A stretch of DNA of 64,000 nucleotides from Abditibacteriaceae bacterium (lineage in GTDB: Bacteria; Armatimonadota; Abditibacteriia; Abditibacteriales; Abditibacteriaceae), in assembly GCA_965277285.1 (NCBI GenBank), contig OZ255721.1:960001-1024000 (forward strand), written 5' to 3'. The first letter of the stretch is position 1, and every line of letters begins with the position of its first letter. The notes under the pieces are model-generated. The model did not search any database. It was not told the origin of the DNA and saw nothing but the letters and a program-made list of their open reading frames with translations. The position numbers and the translations under genes are program-made. Below are positions 20,858 through 30,467 of this stretch, piece by piece.

Positions 20858-20931
20858 TACCCACGGAGAGATTCGAACTCTCAACCTCGACGTTCTAAGC
20901 GTCGCGTCTCTACCAATTGGACTACGCAGGC
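20858..20931 (-). tRNA. tRNA-Leu(UAG), short variable loop
   Basis: Cloverleaf, loop CUUAGAA, 5-nt variable region. Confidence 0.85.
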
Positions 20932-20941
20932 AAATACGTCC

Positions 20942-21013
20942 TATGCGTGGAAGGAATCGAACCTTCATCCGTCGCTTTTGAAACGACCGTCTCTGCCGTT
21001 GGACTACACGCAC
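20942..21013 (-). tRNA. tRNA-Leu(CAA), short variable loop
   Basis: Cloverleaf, loop UUCAAAA, 4-nt variable region. Confidence 0.85.
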
Positions 21014-21032
21014 ATTTACGACTTGTTACATC

Positions 21033-21104
21033 TGGGAGCGAGAGGAGTCGAACCTCTATTGTCGCCTTCGTAGGGCGGTATCCTGTCCATTGGAAGACGC
21101 TCCC
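21033..21104 (-). tRNA. tRNA-Arg(ACG)
   Basis: Cloverleaf, loop CUACGAA. Confidence 0.85.
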
Positions 21105-21156
21105 TTTGCGAGCAAACGATGAAAATTGAACTTTTACAGCTTGCTCGTTCCATCAG

Positions 21157-21228
21157 TCAGGGTGGCAGGAATTGAACCTGCTGCCACCTCAGCCCAAGTG
21201 AGGCATGCACCCGTTACACTTCACCCTG
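21157..21228 (-). tRNA. tRNA-Pro(UGG)
   Basis: C1-G72, A73, loop CUUGGGC. Confidence 0.88.
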
Positions 21229-21237
21229 ATTACGACA

Positions 21238-21311
21238 TGGGGACGGTGGGACTTGAACCCACAACTTCTCGCTTAAAAGGCGAATACTCTAACCAATTGA
21301 GTTACATCCCC
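21238..21311 (-). tRNA. tRNA-Lys(UUU)
   Basis: Cloverleaf, loop CUUUUAA. Confidence 0.92.
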
Positions 21312-21328
21312 GACAATTTTCTGCAACA

Positions 21329-21410
21329 CGGAGAGTGAAGGAATCGAACCTTCGCAGGTGTGACCCTGACGGATTAGCAGTCCGTTGCATTACCTCTCTG
21401 CCAACTCTCC
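21329..21410 (-). tRNA. tRNA-Ser(GCU)
   Basis: Loop CUGCUAA, long variable arm, G73. Confidence 0.9.
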
Positions 21411-21428
21411 AACTTCGATTTTTAACTA

Positions 21429-21514
21429 CGGAAGGCATAGGAGTCGAACCCACAGGCTTTCACCCGGCACGTCGGTTTTCAGGACCGATTGGCGCCCACG
21501 CGCCGCTACCTTCC
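21429..21514 (-). tRNA. tRNA-Ser(UGA), atypical (C33)
   Basis: GGAAGGU/GCCUUCC acceptor, loop CCUGAAA, long variable arm, G73. Confidence 0.7.
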
Positions 21515-21532
21515 GAACTGCGTTACACAACC

Positions 21533-21603
21533 CTGCCCGGCCTGGACTCGAACCAGAATCTGCTGAGTCAAAGTCAGCCATCCTACCATTAGACGACCAG
21601 GCA
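21533..21603 (-). tRNA. tRNA-Gln(UUG)
   Basis: U1-A72, G73, loop CUUUGAC. Confidence 0.92.
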
Positions 21604-21621
21604 ATTTTCAACATTCGTCAC

Positions 21622-21693
21622 AGGGAACGAGAGGATTTGAACCTCTTCCGCAAGGGCCACAGCCTCGAATGCTCACCGTTACACTACGTCCCC
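21622..21693 (-). tRNA. tRNA-His(GUG), lacking encoded G-1/C73
   Basis: Loop CUGUGGC; position -1 and discriminator are both U. Confidence 0.8.
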
Positions 21694-21732
21694 AGATCGC
21701 TTTCGAGTACTCGAAAAGCGCATCAACATCAG

Positions 21733-21804
21733 TAGGAGCGAAGGGAATCGAACCCTCCTCTGCGGATCGAAAGTCCACCGCGATAACCACTACGCCACGC
21801 TCCC
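21733..21804 (-). tRNA. tRNA-Glu(UUC)
   Basis: Loop CUUUCGA, cloverleaf. Confidence 0.88.
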
Positions 21805-21859
21805 GTCAAACCTTCGCTATCCACCATTCCGTATTCCGCATTCATCATTTGTCGGCGTC

Positions 21860-21934
21860 TGGCGGGAGCGAGGAGAATCGAACTCCCGTTTGCAGATCGA
21901 CATTCTGCTGTCTTGACCATTAGACCACGCCCCC
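21860..21934 (-). tRNA. tRNA-Asp(GUC)
   Basis: Loop AUGUCGA, G73, encoded CCA (the only one in the array). Confidence 0.9.
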
Positions 21935-21949
21935 AAAGTGCGCCCGAAC

Positions 21950-21995
21950 TTGAAAAACAAAAAGCCCGCTGTCGAAACATCTCGACAGCGGGCTT
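21950..21995 (-). terminator. Intrinsic terminator upstream of the first tRNA (putative attenuator)
   Basis: 14-bp stem AAGCCCGCUGUCGA/UCGACAGCGGGCUU followed by U-rich tail on minus strand. Confidence 0.8.
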
Positions 21996-22017
21996 GAAGA
22001 AAATCAATGAAAAGTAC

Positions 22018-22170
22018 TTACACGAAAAGTACTCCCGATGATTCATCCATTCCACTGCCGAAGCGACGATCCGAGCGATCAAAACTCTTTGAATTGAGTC
22101 GATAGCCTTGATGTTCGGGCGCGTTGAGGCTCAAGAAATTCGGTCGCTGAATGGCCGATTTCTCCAACAT
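22018..22170 (-). CDS. Putative leader peptide (50 aa; alternative start 22203)
   Basis: ORF between promoter and terminator with stop about 22 nt before the hairpin; translation unproven. Confidence 0.35.
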   Translation of the reverse strand: MLEKSAIQRPNFLSLNAPEHQGYRLNSKSFDRSDRRFGSGMDESSGVLFV

Positions 22171-22266
22171 CTTACCGCTTTGTAAGGAAATGAAATGTGT
22201 CATCAGAAGATTGCTCGTCCTCGCGTTGTGGCTAAAAGCGCCATGCCAGAAGAGGAACAAGAGAGA

Positions 22267-22295
22267 ACTATATAGCTCGCCAACATGCGCGTCAA
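22267..22295 (-). promoter_or_regulatory. Sigma70-type promoter for the tRNA/Y-RNA/Ro60 unit
   Basis: TTGACG-N17-TATAGT on minus strand. Confidence 0.75.
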
Positions 22296-22664
22296 GGGGT
22301 TTACGAAAATATTTTTAAAATCTTTTTCGTCGTGTTCCACGGAAAATGGCCGTACAAACGCACTTTTGAGTACTCGAAAAGACGATGATAGAAGCCGTCT
22401 CATAACTATGAGTGAAACTCGAAGTTACCAGTTTGTCGTTCGGATAAGTTGTGTAGAAAGTGCGAGAACCATCTTCAAACTTCCAGTTTGTCATTCTGAG
22501 CGCAGCGAAGAATCTACCTGCAATTAGATTCTTCGCTGCGCTCAGAATGACAAACTGAAAGTTTGAAGATGGTTCTCGCACAGTCTCTACATCTTCTGTG
22601 TGCGGCGAAGAATGACAAATTGGAGGTTTAATGCAGTGACTTTTGGGAAGTGACTTGTCTCGAA

Positions 22665-23039
22665 TCACACGTTTTTGCGTGCTTCAAAACCTGTCGGCGG
22701 CGCGAAGGTTGGTGTCGGCATTTCAGCCGCTTCACCGGCGCGCGGATGAGCACACGGGAAATCTTTCTCGATGTAGAAACGAACGTCGTCCTGCAAAAAA
22801 TAAACGCCTTCGCACTCCGCTTCGCTGAGTTGCACGATGTCTTTTTTCGCCAGAGAAAAAACTAAATCGCCGTGGTGCATCTCCAGAGAAGTTGCTGCTG
22901 AAGGCCGAACGCGCACACTCCATCCATCAAGATGCCAAACTAAAAAATGCTCGTTGATAGATTGGTCGTTTTGCAATTGCGCCAACTCTTCGGGCGTGAT
23001 GCGCAGGCGAATGCTGTTCTTTGTCCAACGAACTTTCAT
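22665..23039 (-). CDS. Conserved hypothetical protein
   Basis: MKVRW.KNSIRLRIT...IEKDFPC; ATGA overlap with mobA. Confidence 0.7.
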   Translation of the reverse strand: MKVRWTKNSIRLRITPEELAQLQNDQSINEHFLVWHLDGWSVRVRPSAATSLEMHHGDLVFSLAKKDIVQLSEAECEGVYFLQDDVRFYIEKDFPCAHPRAGEAAEMPTPTFAPPTGFEARKNV

Positions 23040-23635
23040 GAGGTTTTCTGTCCTTGCTGTTGCGCCCAGTTCCATTCGTCTGGCGTGTTCACATTGAGCA
23101 ATTGATGCGCGATTTCTGGCGGCGCTTCGACAACAAAAAAATCGCCCGCCCAGATTAAAGCGTGCAGCGAACGCTTGTTTTGCGACAATAATTCGTCTAT
23201 CAGCGGCAAGCACGACACTTGATACCTCGCAAAAAGCGGCTGCAATTGTTCGCCGCTGCGTGTGGCAATTCCGTCTTTTTCTGGCGCAACTTCCAGTTGT
23301 ATCAACCAATTTATCGCGTCTGTTGTCAGCAAAGGAACATCACACGGCAGCGCGCAAACCGTTTGACAATCGTTTCGATGCGCCCACTGTAGCGCTGTTT
23401 TCAAGCCACTCAAAGGCCCAATTCCTCGTTCTTCATCCATCAAAAAAACGACTTCGTTCAGCGTCCAATCAGCGGGACGTTCGCGCCCGACAACGAGAAC
23501 GCGACGCTTTGTTGCAAGCGCGATACGACAAAGATGCTCCAGTAATGGCACGCCATTCCACAGCATTTGAGCTTTGTCGTTTCCCATGCGACGGCTTTCT
23601 CCGCCAGCGAGAATGGCAATGACGATTTGGTTCAT
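23036..23635 (-). CDS. mobA: Molybdenum cofactor guanylyltransferase
   Basis: ILAGGESRRMGNDKA, GPLSG, PCDVP, NVNTP. Confidence 0.92.
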   Translation of the reverse strand: MNQIVIAILAGGESRRMGNDKAQMLWNGVPLLEHLCRIALATKRRVLVVGRERPADWTLNEVVFLMDEERGIGPLSGLKTALQWAHRNDCQTVCALPCDVPLLTTDAINWLIQLEVAPEKDGIATRSGEQLQPLFARYQVSCLPLIDELLSQNKRSLHALIWAGDFFVVEAPPEIAHQLLNVNTPDEWNWAQQQGQKTS

Positions 23636-23715
23636 AGAGAGCGTGCAACGCCGTACTTCAACTGCATATCTTAGTCATTCGAGTACTTGAACTGCCTTGT
23701 GAAATGAGATAACAG

Positions 23716-25116
23716 ATGATTATGTTCTGGTTATTTTCATTGATTGTTTTTATCGCTGCTTTTATTTTAGCCAGCATCGACAATCCGTGTCTGTCTTACT
23801 CCTTCAACTACACCATACTCTTTTTTGGATGGTTAGCTTGCGCTTGGCTTGACAACAAGCGCAAACACACACCACAAGACCTTGCTGCGTCACAAGCCTC
23901 AGTCGAACACACTCAAGCATGGCCAAACCTAAAGCGATTCCACTTTTTTTACAGAGCAAACTTAGAGCCTATCCGAAAAGGCATTGATTCCAGGTGATGA
24001 GAGCGCAGGCAAAGTGCAGCATGGCCAGGTAGTTCTGGCTCTTCTTTTCCCATCGCACCAACAAGCGGCGATAACGATTGAGCCAGCTATGCGTTCTCTC
24101 CACCACCCAGCGCCGTGCTTTCTTGCCCGCGGCTTTAGCGGCGGCCTCTTCGCCGCGCGGTCGAATGTGGGTGGTGTAGCCAAAGGCTTGAGCGACTTGG
24201 CGCACTTCTGCGTAATCGTAGCCCGCATCCAGACACAAGCCTTGTTCGCACCCACTCGCCATATGGCACAGTCTCTTGTTCTCAATCCCTTGCACCACGC
24301 TGGCCAGAGTGGCCGCGACCAGTTTCATGTCATGGCGGTTGGCGCCCTCGATCTCCAAGCCAACAGGAATACCACAAGCTTCAGTCAGCAGGCTTCTTTT
24401 CACGCCGCCTTTGGCGCGGTCGCAGGGGTTGGGTCCCGTTTTTTCCCCCGCCCAGAGGCGCTTTGGTCATCACGCCATCGAGTGCCAGCCAACTCCAGTC
24501 CAAGCCTTTGAGTTCGTCGTAATCGCATAAAGCCGCTTCCCACAAGCGCACGAAGAAACCGTCTCGTTGCCATTCTTGAAAGCGCGCGTGGGCTGTTGAA
24601 CCTGAGCAGATTCCTGTGGCATCCAAAGCTTTCCACTGGCAGCCGGTTCGCAGCACAAAGAAGATGCCGTTCAAGACCTGGCGGTCAGGAACACGCGGGC
24701 GATGGCAGCCTAAAGGATGCACTGGCTTTTGCCGAACTGGGAGCAACGGTTCGATCAGCTCCCATAACACATCCGAAATCACAAACTCTTGAACCGGAAT
24801 CTCATGTTTCATGCCACGCAGTTTACCACCCTATTCGGATAGGCTCTTATCCGCCATGTTTGTGGCTGGCCTTCAACTTTGGAACCGTTATTTTGGGTCT
24901 GGGCAAAAGCACATTTCATTGATGACAGCGCTCATTATCAGCGCTATTCCATTGGCGCTATCTCACGTTTTTATCCTATGGATCAAGAATTTCTCTTGCC
25001 CTAATTGTCACAAACCGTTTCTCTCAAAAGAGCATTTTGCATCCGTAAGTTATTTTAGCGTTGCTTTGCCAGATATGTGTTGTCCGCACTGCAACGTCAA
25101 AGCTGAGTGGGATTGA
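23716..25116 (+). pseudogene. Low-GC membrane protein gene with CxxC...CxxC motif, interrupted by IS5
   Basis: Removing the IS plus one TTA copy joins 23716-23964 in frame to 24850-25116 (about 171 aa). Confidence 0.75.
23965..24846 (-). mobile_element. IS5-family insertion sequence, transposase split over two ORFs (24812-24381 and 24403-23969)
   Basis: Terminal IRs GAGCCTATCCGAAAAGG / GAGCCTATCCGAATAGG, TTA duplication at 23962-23964 and 24847-24849; LRTGCQW, DAGYD, RWVVERTHSW motifs. Confidence 0.93.
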
Positions 25117-25121
25117 ATTGC

Positions 25122-26576
25122 TTATGCGCTGGCACTATCCAACGTCCATTCGACGATTTCGCGCACCAGAGTTTTGCAGGAGCCGCAGCCCGTTCCGGCG
25201 CGCGTCGAACGCATCACATCAGCGACTTCGCGCGTGCCGCCCAGAACGCATTTGCGAATCGTGCCTTTGTTGACGGCGTTGCAGTTGCAAACTGTCGCGG
25301 CGTCCGGCATGACTTCCAGCGTGGCGCCATTGACGACGGGCGCGCCCATTTCAAATAACAATTGTTCGCGCTCGTCCGGCAAAGGGCCGCCGCGCTCGAA
25401 CAATTGCATCAAGCGCGCTGTGGCGCCGGTTTCGCCCAGCAAAATCGCGCCGACTAATTTGCCGTCGCGGATGACCAATTTCTTGTAGCGACCGCGACGC
25501 GGCTCGACCCATTGCACGATTTCGTCCGTCGGTTCGGGACGCGCCGCAATGCCCATCGAAGCCAGTTCCAAGCCCATCACTTTCAATTTGGTAGACATCT
25601 TCGAGCCGCGATATTTCGCGTGCGGATTGGCGCCCGTGATGTGATCGGCGAGTACTCGACCTTGTTCCCACAAAGGCGCGACCACGCCGTAAACCTGTCC
25701 GTTGTGCTGCGCGCATTCGCCAACAACGTAAATATCTTCGTCATCGGCGGCTTGCATTTGGTCGTTCACGACGATGGCGCGTTCGACTTGCAGGCCGCAA
25801 TCGCGCGCCAGTTCGACGTTGGGGCGAATGCCGCAGGACATTACAACCATGTCGCATTCGAGCGTCGAGCCGTCTTTGAATTGCAAGCCCGTCACCATCT
25901 CGTCGCCCAAAACGCCGGTCGTCGATTTCCCCAGATGAACGTGCAAACCCATTTTTTGCACGCTGTCCAGCAGCATTTCTCCCGCGATTTCGTCCAACTG
26001 CGTGTCCATCAAGCGCGGCGCGATGTGAATGACGTGAACTTCGCAGCCGTAATTGATCAGGCCTCGCGCCGCTTCCAAGCCCAGCAAACCGCCGCCGATG
26101 ACGGCTGCGCGACGGCTTTTATTGGCGTAACCGGAGATTTTCTGGCAATCGTCGATGGTGCGAAAAACGAAAAGGCCGGGCTTGGGCGCGCCATCTTCCA
26201 GCGTCAAACCGTCCATCGGCGGCACAAAGGGACGGCTTCCCGTCGCAATGATGAGTTTGTCGTACGTTTCTTCGCGCCCGTTCGCATCGCGTATGGTTTT
26301 ATTCTCACGGTCGATGTGCGTCGCCGCCGCGCCATGATGCAAAGTGATGCCGTTATAGCGATACCAGTCAATTGGATTAAGGAAAATTTCTTTCGCGTCC
26401 TGCGAACCGTTTAAGACATTCGACAGCAAAATGCGATTGTAATTGCCGTAAGATTCCTCGCTCCAAACCGTGATGTCAAATTGATCGCTGCCGCCGCGAC
26501 GCATAATTTCTTCAATGGTGCGCGCTCCGGCCATGCCGTTGCCAATAACCGCCAATTTCTTTTTAGGTGTGTTCAT
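25122..26576 (-). CDS. NirB/NasB-like FAD-dependent NAD(P)H oxidoreductase with BFD-like [2Fe-2S] domain (no siroheme domain)
   Basis: VIGNGMAG, YNRILLS, GGGLLGLEAA, C-terminal CNC...GTGCGSC. Confidence 0.88.
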   Translation of the reverse strand: MNTPKKKLAVIGNGMAGARTIEEIMRRGGSDQFDITVWSEESYGNYNRILLSNVLNGSQDAKEIFLNPIDWYRYNGITLHHGAAATHIDRENKTIRDANGREETYDKLIIATGSRPFVPPMDGLTLEDGAPKPGLFVFRTIDDCQKISGYANKSRRAAVIGGGLLGLEAARGLINYGCEVHVIHIAPRLMDTQLDEIAGEMLLDSVQKMGLHVHLGKSTTGVLGDEMVTGLQFKDGSTLECDMVVMSCGIRPNVELARDCGLQVERAIVVNDQMQAADDEDIYVVGECAQHNGQVYGVVAPLWEQGRVLADHITGANPHAKYRGSKMSTKLKVMGLELASMGIAARPEPTDEIVQWVEPRRGRYKKLVIRDGKLVGAILLGETGATARLMQLFERGGPLPDEREQLLFEMGAPVVNGATLEVMPDAATVCNCNAVNKGTIRKCVLGGTREVADVMRSTRAGTGCGSCKTLVREIVEWTLDSASA

Positions 26577-26677
26577 AGGTTCAACTTGTCTTATCGAGAA
26601 CAATCGAGTACTCGATTGCGGTTGTGTAGCGAACCCGAATCGTAAGCGAGGGAGATGATGTAGGAAATCTCCCTCGC

Positions 26678-28852
26678 TTACGATTCGGGTTCGCTGATTT
26701 TCTCAATCTTCGCGGCGCAGACTTTGAATTCCGGCATTCGAGAAATCGGGTCGAGCGCGGGATTGGTCAAAAGATTAGCGCTGCCTTCGCCGCCCCAGTG
26801 GAAGGGCGCGAACAGCGTGTCCATGCGCAAAGTCGGGGTGAACTTGGCGGCCAAAAGCGCCTCGCCTCGCCGCGTTGAAACGCGCACCGTTTCGCCATCT
26901 TTGATGTTCCACTTGGCCGCCATCGCGGGATGGATTTCCACGAACGAACGCGGTTGCGCTTCGGCCAAATCGGTGACGCGACGCGTTTGCGCGCCCGATT
27001 GATAATGTCCCATCACGCGCCCTGTCGTCAGAAAGAAAGGGTAATCTTCGTCCGGTTCTTCAGCCGCAGGCCGATAATCCACGGCATGAAAGCGCGCGCG
27101 GCCATCACTGGTCGGAAACGAGTACTCGAAAGGTCGCGGCGTGCCCGCATCGTCGTCGTTTTTAACATCGGAACACGGCCAGAAAACGCCGTCCTGCGCC
27201 TCGATTTTTTCGTAGGAAATGCCCGAGTAATCGGCGATGCCGCCGCGACTGGCCGCGCGCAACTCTTCAAAGATTTCGCGCGCTTCCCCCGTCGGGAACT
27301 TATCGCCATGACCCAAACGTTCCGCAATCGCTGACAGCATTTGCGTGTCCGTCCAGACGCCAAGTGGCGCTTCCTGCGCGCGTTTGCGCCACAAAACGCG
27401 GCCTTCCAGGTTCGTCATGGTGCCTTCTTCTTCGGCCCACTGCGCGCTGGGCAAAACGACATCGGCGAAGCGCGCCGTTTCCGACAAGAACAAATCGGAG
27501 ACAACCAGAAAATCCAAATCGCCCAGGCCACGCTTAATAACATTCGCGTTCGGCGCCGAAACCGCGATATTGGAAGCCATCACTAACAAAGCGCGAATGC
27601 CACCTTCACGTCCCATCGCGCTCAACATTTCATAAGCCGATTTTCCGGCGCGCGGAATCGAACTTTCTTCAACGCCCCAGACTTGCGCCATGTGTTCGCG
27701 CGCCGCGGGATCGTTGATGCTGCGATAACCAGGCAATTGATCGCATTTCTGGCCGTGTTCGCGTCCACCCTGCCCGTTTCCCTGTCCTGTCAGACAACCG
27801 TAACCGCTGCCGCGCGGCCCGACTTTGCCCAGCGCCAGCATCAAGTTGATGAACGCCAACACCGTGTCGACACCTTTGCTTTGCTGCTCGGGGCCGCGCG
27901 CCGTCAGCGTCATCGCGGTTTTGGCGCGACCCAGCAAATGCGCGGCTTGCGTCAATTTGCTGATCGGCACGCCGGTGACTTGCTCGACATATTCCGGCCA
28001 ATAGTTGGCGATGGTGCGCCTGACATCACGAAAGCCATTGGTGCGCGCGGCGATAAATGCGTGATCGAGCAAGCGGTCGCGCGCCGCGATATGCAGCAAT
28101 CCCAGAGCGAGAATTAAGTCGGTGCCGGGCGCGATTTGCAAGTGCAATGTCGCGCTTTCCGAAGTTGGCGTGCTGCGCGGATCGACCACGATCAGGCTGC
28201 CGCCACGCCGTTTTTGTTCATCGAAATACTGCATCACCGGCGGCATCGTTTCGCCCGGATTGGCGCCGACCAGCAGAATCGTTTCCGCTAAGGGAATGTC
28301 TTCGAGAGGAAACGGCAAGCCTCTGTCCATGCCAAAAGCGCGATTGTTGGCGGCTGCCGCGCTCGACATGCAAAAGCGCCCATTGTAATCAATGCTCGCG
28401 GTTTGCAAAGCGACGCGCGCGAACTTGCCCAGCCAATACGCTTTCTCGTTGGTCAGGCCGCCGCCGCCGAAAACGCCGACCGCGTCGCGCCCATATTTTC
28501 CCTGAACTTCGCCGAAACCGCGCGCGATGCGGTCGAGCGCTTCATCCCACGAAGCCGGGCGCAAAGGGCCGCCCTTGCGCTCGCGGATGAGCGGCGTGGT
28601 CAAGCGTTCGCGGTGCGTCAGCAGCTTGGTCGATGTCCAGCCTTTGCGACACAAGCCGCCTTTATTGGTCGGAAATTCGCGCGGCGTCACGGCGAGGTGA
28701 GTTTCGAGTACTCGATCACCGTGTCCGTTGGCGATTTCGACAGATTCCGGCACCAAAGTCATGCCGCATTGCAAGGCGCAATACGGACAATGCGTGTCGG
28801 TGCTTTGCACGACCGAAGTCGCGTCGGGGTTTAAGAAATTGAGAGTCGTCAT
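26678..28852 (-). CDS. Assimilatory nitrate reductase catalytic molybdopterin subunit
   Basis: CPYCALQCG, GLCRKG, NGRFCMSSA, GQGNGQGGRE, PEFKVCA. Confidence 0.92.
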   Translation of the reverse strand: MTTLNFLNPDATSVVQSTDTHCPYCALQCGMTLVPESVEIANGHGDRVLETHLAVTPREFPTNKGGLCRKGWTSTKLLTHRERLTTPLIRERKGGPLRPASWDEALDRIARGFGEVQGKYGRDAVGVFGGGGLTNEKAYWLGKFARVALQTASIDYNGRFCMSSAAAANNRAFGMDRGLPFPLEDIPLAETILLVGANPGETMPPVMQYFDEQKRRGGSLIVVDPRSTPTSESATLHLQIAPGTDLILALGLLHIAARDRLLDHAFIAARTNGFRDVRRTIANYWPEYVEQVTGVPISKLTQAAHLLGRAKTAMTLTARGPEQQSKGVDTVLAFINLMLALGKVGPRGSGYGCLTGQGNGQGGREHGQKCDQLPGYRSINDPAAREHMAQVWGVEESSIPRAGKSAYEMLSAMGREGGIRALLVMASNIAVSAPNANVIKRGLGDLDFLVVSDLFLSETARFADVVLPSAQWAEEEGTMTNLEGRVLWRKRAQEAPLGVWTDTQMLSAIAERLGHGDKFPTGEAREIFEELRAASRGGIADYSGISYEKIEAQDGVFWPCSDVKNDDDAGTPRPFEYSFPTSDGRARFHAVDYRPAAEEPDEDYPFFLTTGRVMGHYQSGAQTRRVTDLAEAQPRSFVEIHPAMAAKWNIKDGETVRVSTRRGEALLAAKFTPTLRMDTLFAPFHWGGEGSANLLTNPALDPISRMPEFKVCAAKIEKISEPES

Positions 28853-28903
28853 AGAAGTTTTATGTGCGGGCGAGGCATGCCTCGCCCGCACGAACAATGG
28901 ACA

Positions 28904-30130
28904 TCAATCAGCCGCAACAGCGAGAGCACGTCCGCCAGCGCCCAGCCATCCGGCGCGATTCCACAAAGGATGCAGCACGACTACCAAAGCGATACAGAAC
29001 GCCGCGCCCAAAGCAAAGCCAGTCAAGCCGGTGCCGAAACTTCCCATCGTTTGTTTGAAGTAGCCCAGTGCGAAAGGCAATGCGAAACCTCCCAAGCCAC
29101 CCGCTGCGCCGACGATACCAGTCACGACACCGATGTGGCGTGGGAAGCGCTGCGGCACTAGTTGGAAAACCGCGCCATTACCCAGGCCGAGCGATGCCAT
29201 CAAGACGAAGAGCAAGGGGATTTCGATGGACAAGGGGAACAAGCGCGCAGACGCGAAAGCCAGCAGGCCAATGACGCAATAAAGACCGATCAGCATGCGC
29301 ACGCCGCCAAAGCGGTCAGCTAAATAACCACCTATGGGGCGCACGAAACTTCCAGCGAAAATGCATATCGCGGCATAATTTCCGGCCAGGATTTTGGGTA
29401 CGCCATATTGGTCATGGTAAAACGTCGGCATGAAGCTCGCCAAGCCAATAAAGCCGCCAAACGTGATGCTGTAGAACAAGCTGAACCACAATGTATCCGG
29501 CTCGCGCAAAATGCTCAGATAGTCGCTCAAGCCTTTTGGCGCGGGACGATTCGGGCTTTCTTTGGCCAGCAATGCCACGATCAGCCACGTTATGGCAATG
29601 GGGATAATCGCCACAGCGAAGACGCTGTGCCAGTTGCCGCCGAAATGTTTCGCAATGCGCAGCGCAAACAACGCCGTCAAAACCGTGCCGCCATTGCCCG
29701 CACCGACGATTCCCATCGCCAAACCCTGATGCTCCGGCGGAAACCAGCGCGAAGCCATCGGCAGCGCGACCGCGAAACTTGCGCCAGCGACGCCCAACAA
29801 CAGCGCGACGACTTGCAATTCACCCAGCGAACGCGCGCCCAGCCAGCCCCACAGCAACGGAACGAAGGTCAATGTCAAGCCGATCATGGTGGTTTTCTTG
29901 GCACCGATGCGATCGGTCAGCGCCCCGAAAACCAGGCGCAAAAACGCGCCGCCGAGGATCGGCAAGGCGACCAAAAGTCCTTTTTGCGCCGGACTGAGAT
30001 GAAAATCTTCGGCGATAGTAACGCCCAGAGACGACAGCAATGCCCAGATCATGGAACTGATGCCGAAGTACATAAACGCACTAAACAGCGTCGGCATGTG
30101 CCCGCTCTTCTTAAAACTCGACATTTGCAT
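28904..30130 (-). CDS. NarK/NasA-family nitrate/nitrite MFS transporter
   Basis: About 12 TM segments; GASFAVALP, AGNGG, GLGNGAVFQLVP nitrate signatures. Confidence 0.92.
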   Translation of the reverse strand: MQMSSFKKSGHMPTLFSAFMYFGISSMIWALLSSLGVTIAEDFHLSPAQKGLLVALPILGGAFLRLVFGALTDRIGAKKTTMIGLTLTFVPLLWGWLGARSLGELQVVALLLGVAGASFAVALPMASRWFPPEHQGLAMGIVGAGNGGTVLTALFALRIAKHFGGNWHSVFAVAIIPIAITWLIVALLAKESPNRPAPKGLSDYLSILREPDTLWFSLFYSITFGGFIGLASFMPTFYHDQYGVPKILAGNYAAICIFAGSFVRPIGGYLADRFGGVRMLIGLYCVIGLLAFASARLFPLSIEIPLLFVLMASLGLGNGAVFQLVPQRFPRHIGVVTGIVGAAGGLGGFALPFALGYFKQTMGSFGTGLTGFALGAAFCIALVVVLHPLWNRAGWLGAGGRALAVAAD

Positions 30131-30467
30131 TTGACAATTCCTTTTTCGAGTACTCGAATGTACTCCCGATAGTTATGAAACGTGACTTTAGCCTTATAGA
30201 TAAAGGGCTTCGCGCGCACTTCGCCCTTTTCTGCGGCCACATTCTTAAAGTAACAGCGCCAGGTTTCGTTGTCCCGCCGCTGCACGTTTACTTTGCGTGA
30301 AAATTGCGTTTCCGCTTTGTTACACAAGACATTTTTCTTGTCCCGCACAAACGCAAAAAAGACGCAGCAACCACGCTGCGCCCTCAAACGAACCAGACCC
30401 CGAACGTGAGTGAGGGACTAACTTAACTGAGGCGGTAGCCCCTCACTCACGTTCAGGGTTCTGGAAG

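Noticed and set aside
21429..21514. Selenocysteine or suppressor tRNA
   Set aside because: The anticodon reads UGA (decodes Ser UCA), not UCA, and the acceptor stem is 7 bp
20745..21934. Prophage or integrated element carrying the tRNA array
   Set aside because: No integrase, phage genes or att-like direct repeats seen; the host 12-mer is present within the array
19485..22082. Numerous short ORFs across the RNA array, and the 81-aa N-terminal extension of Ro60
   Set aside because: They overlap tRNA/ncRNA structures; Ro60 has a good RBS and ATG at 19535
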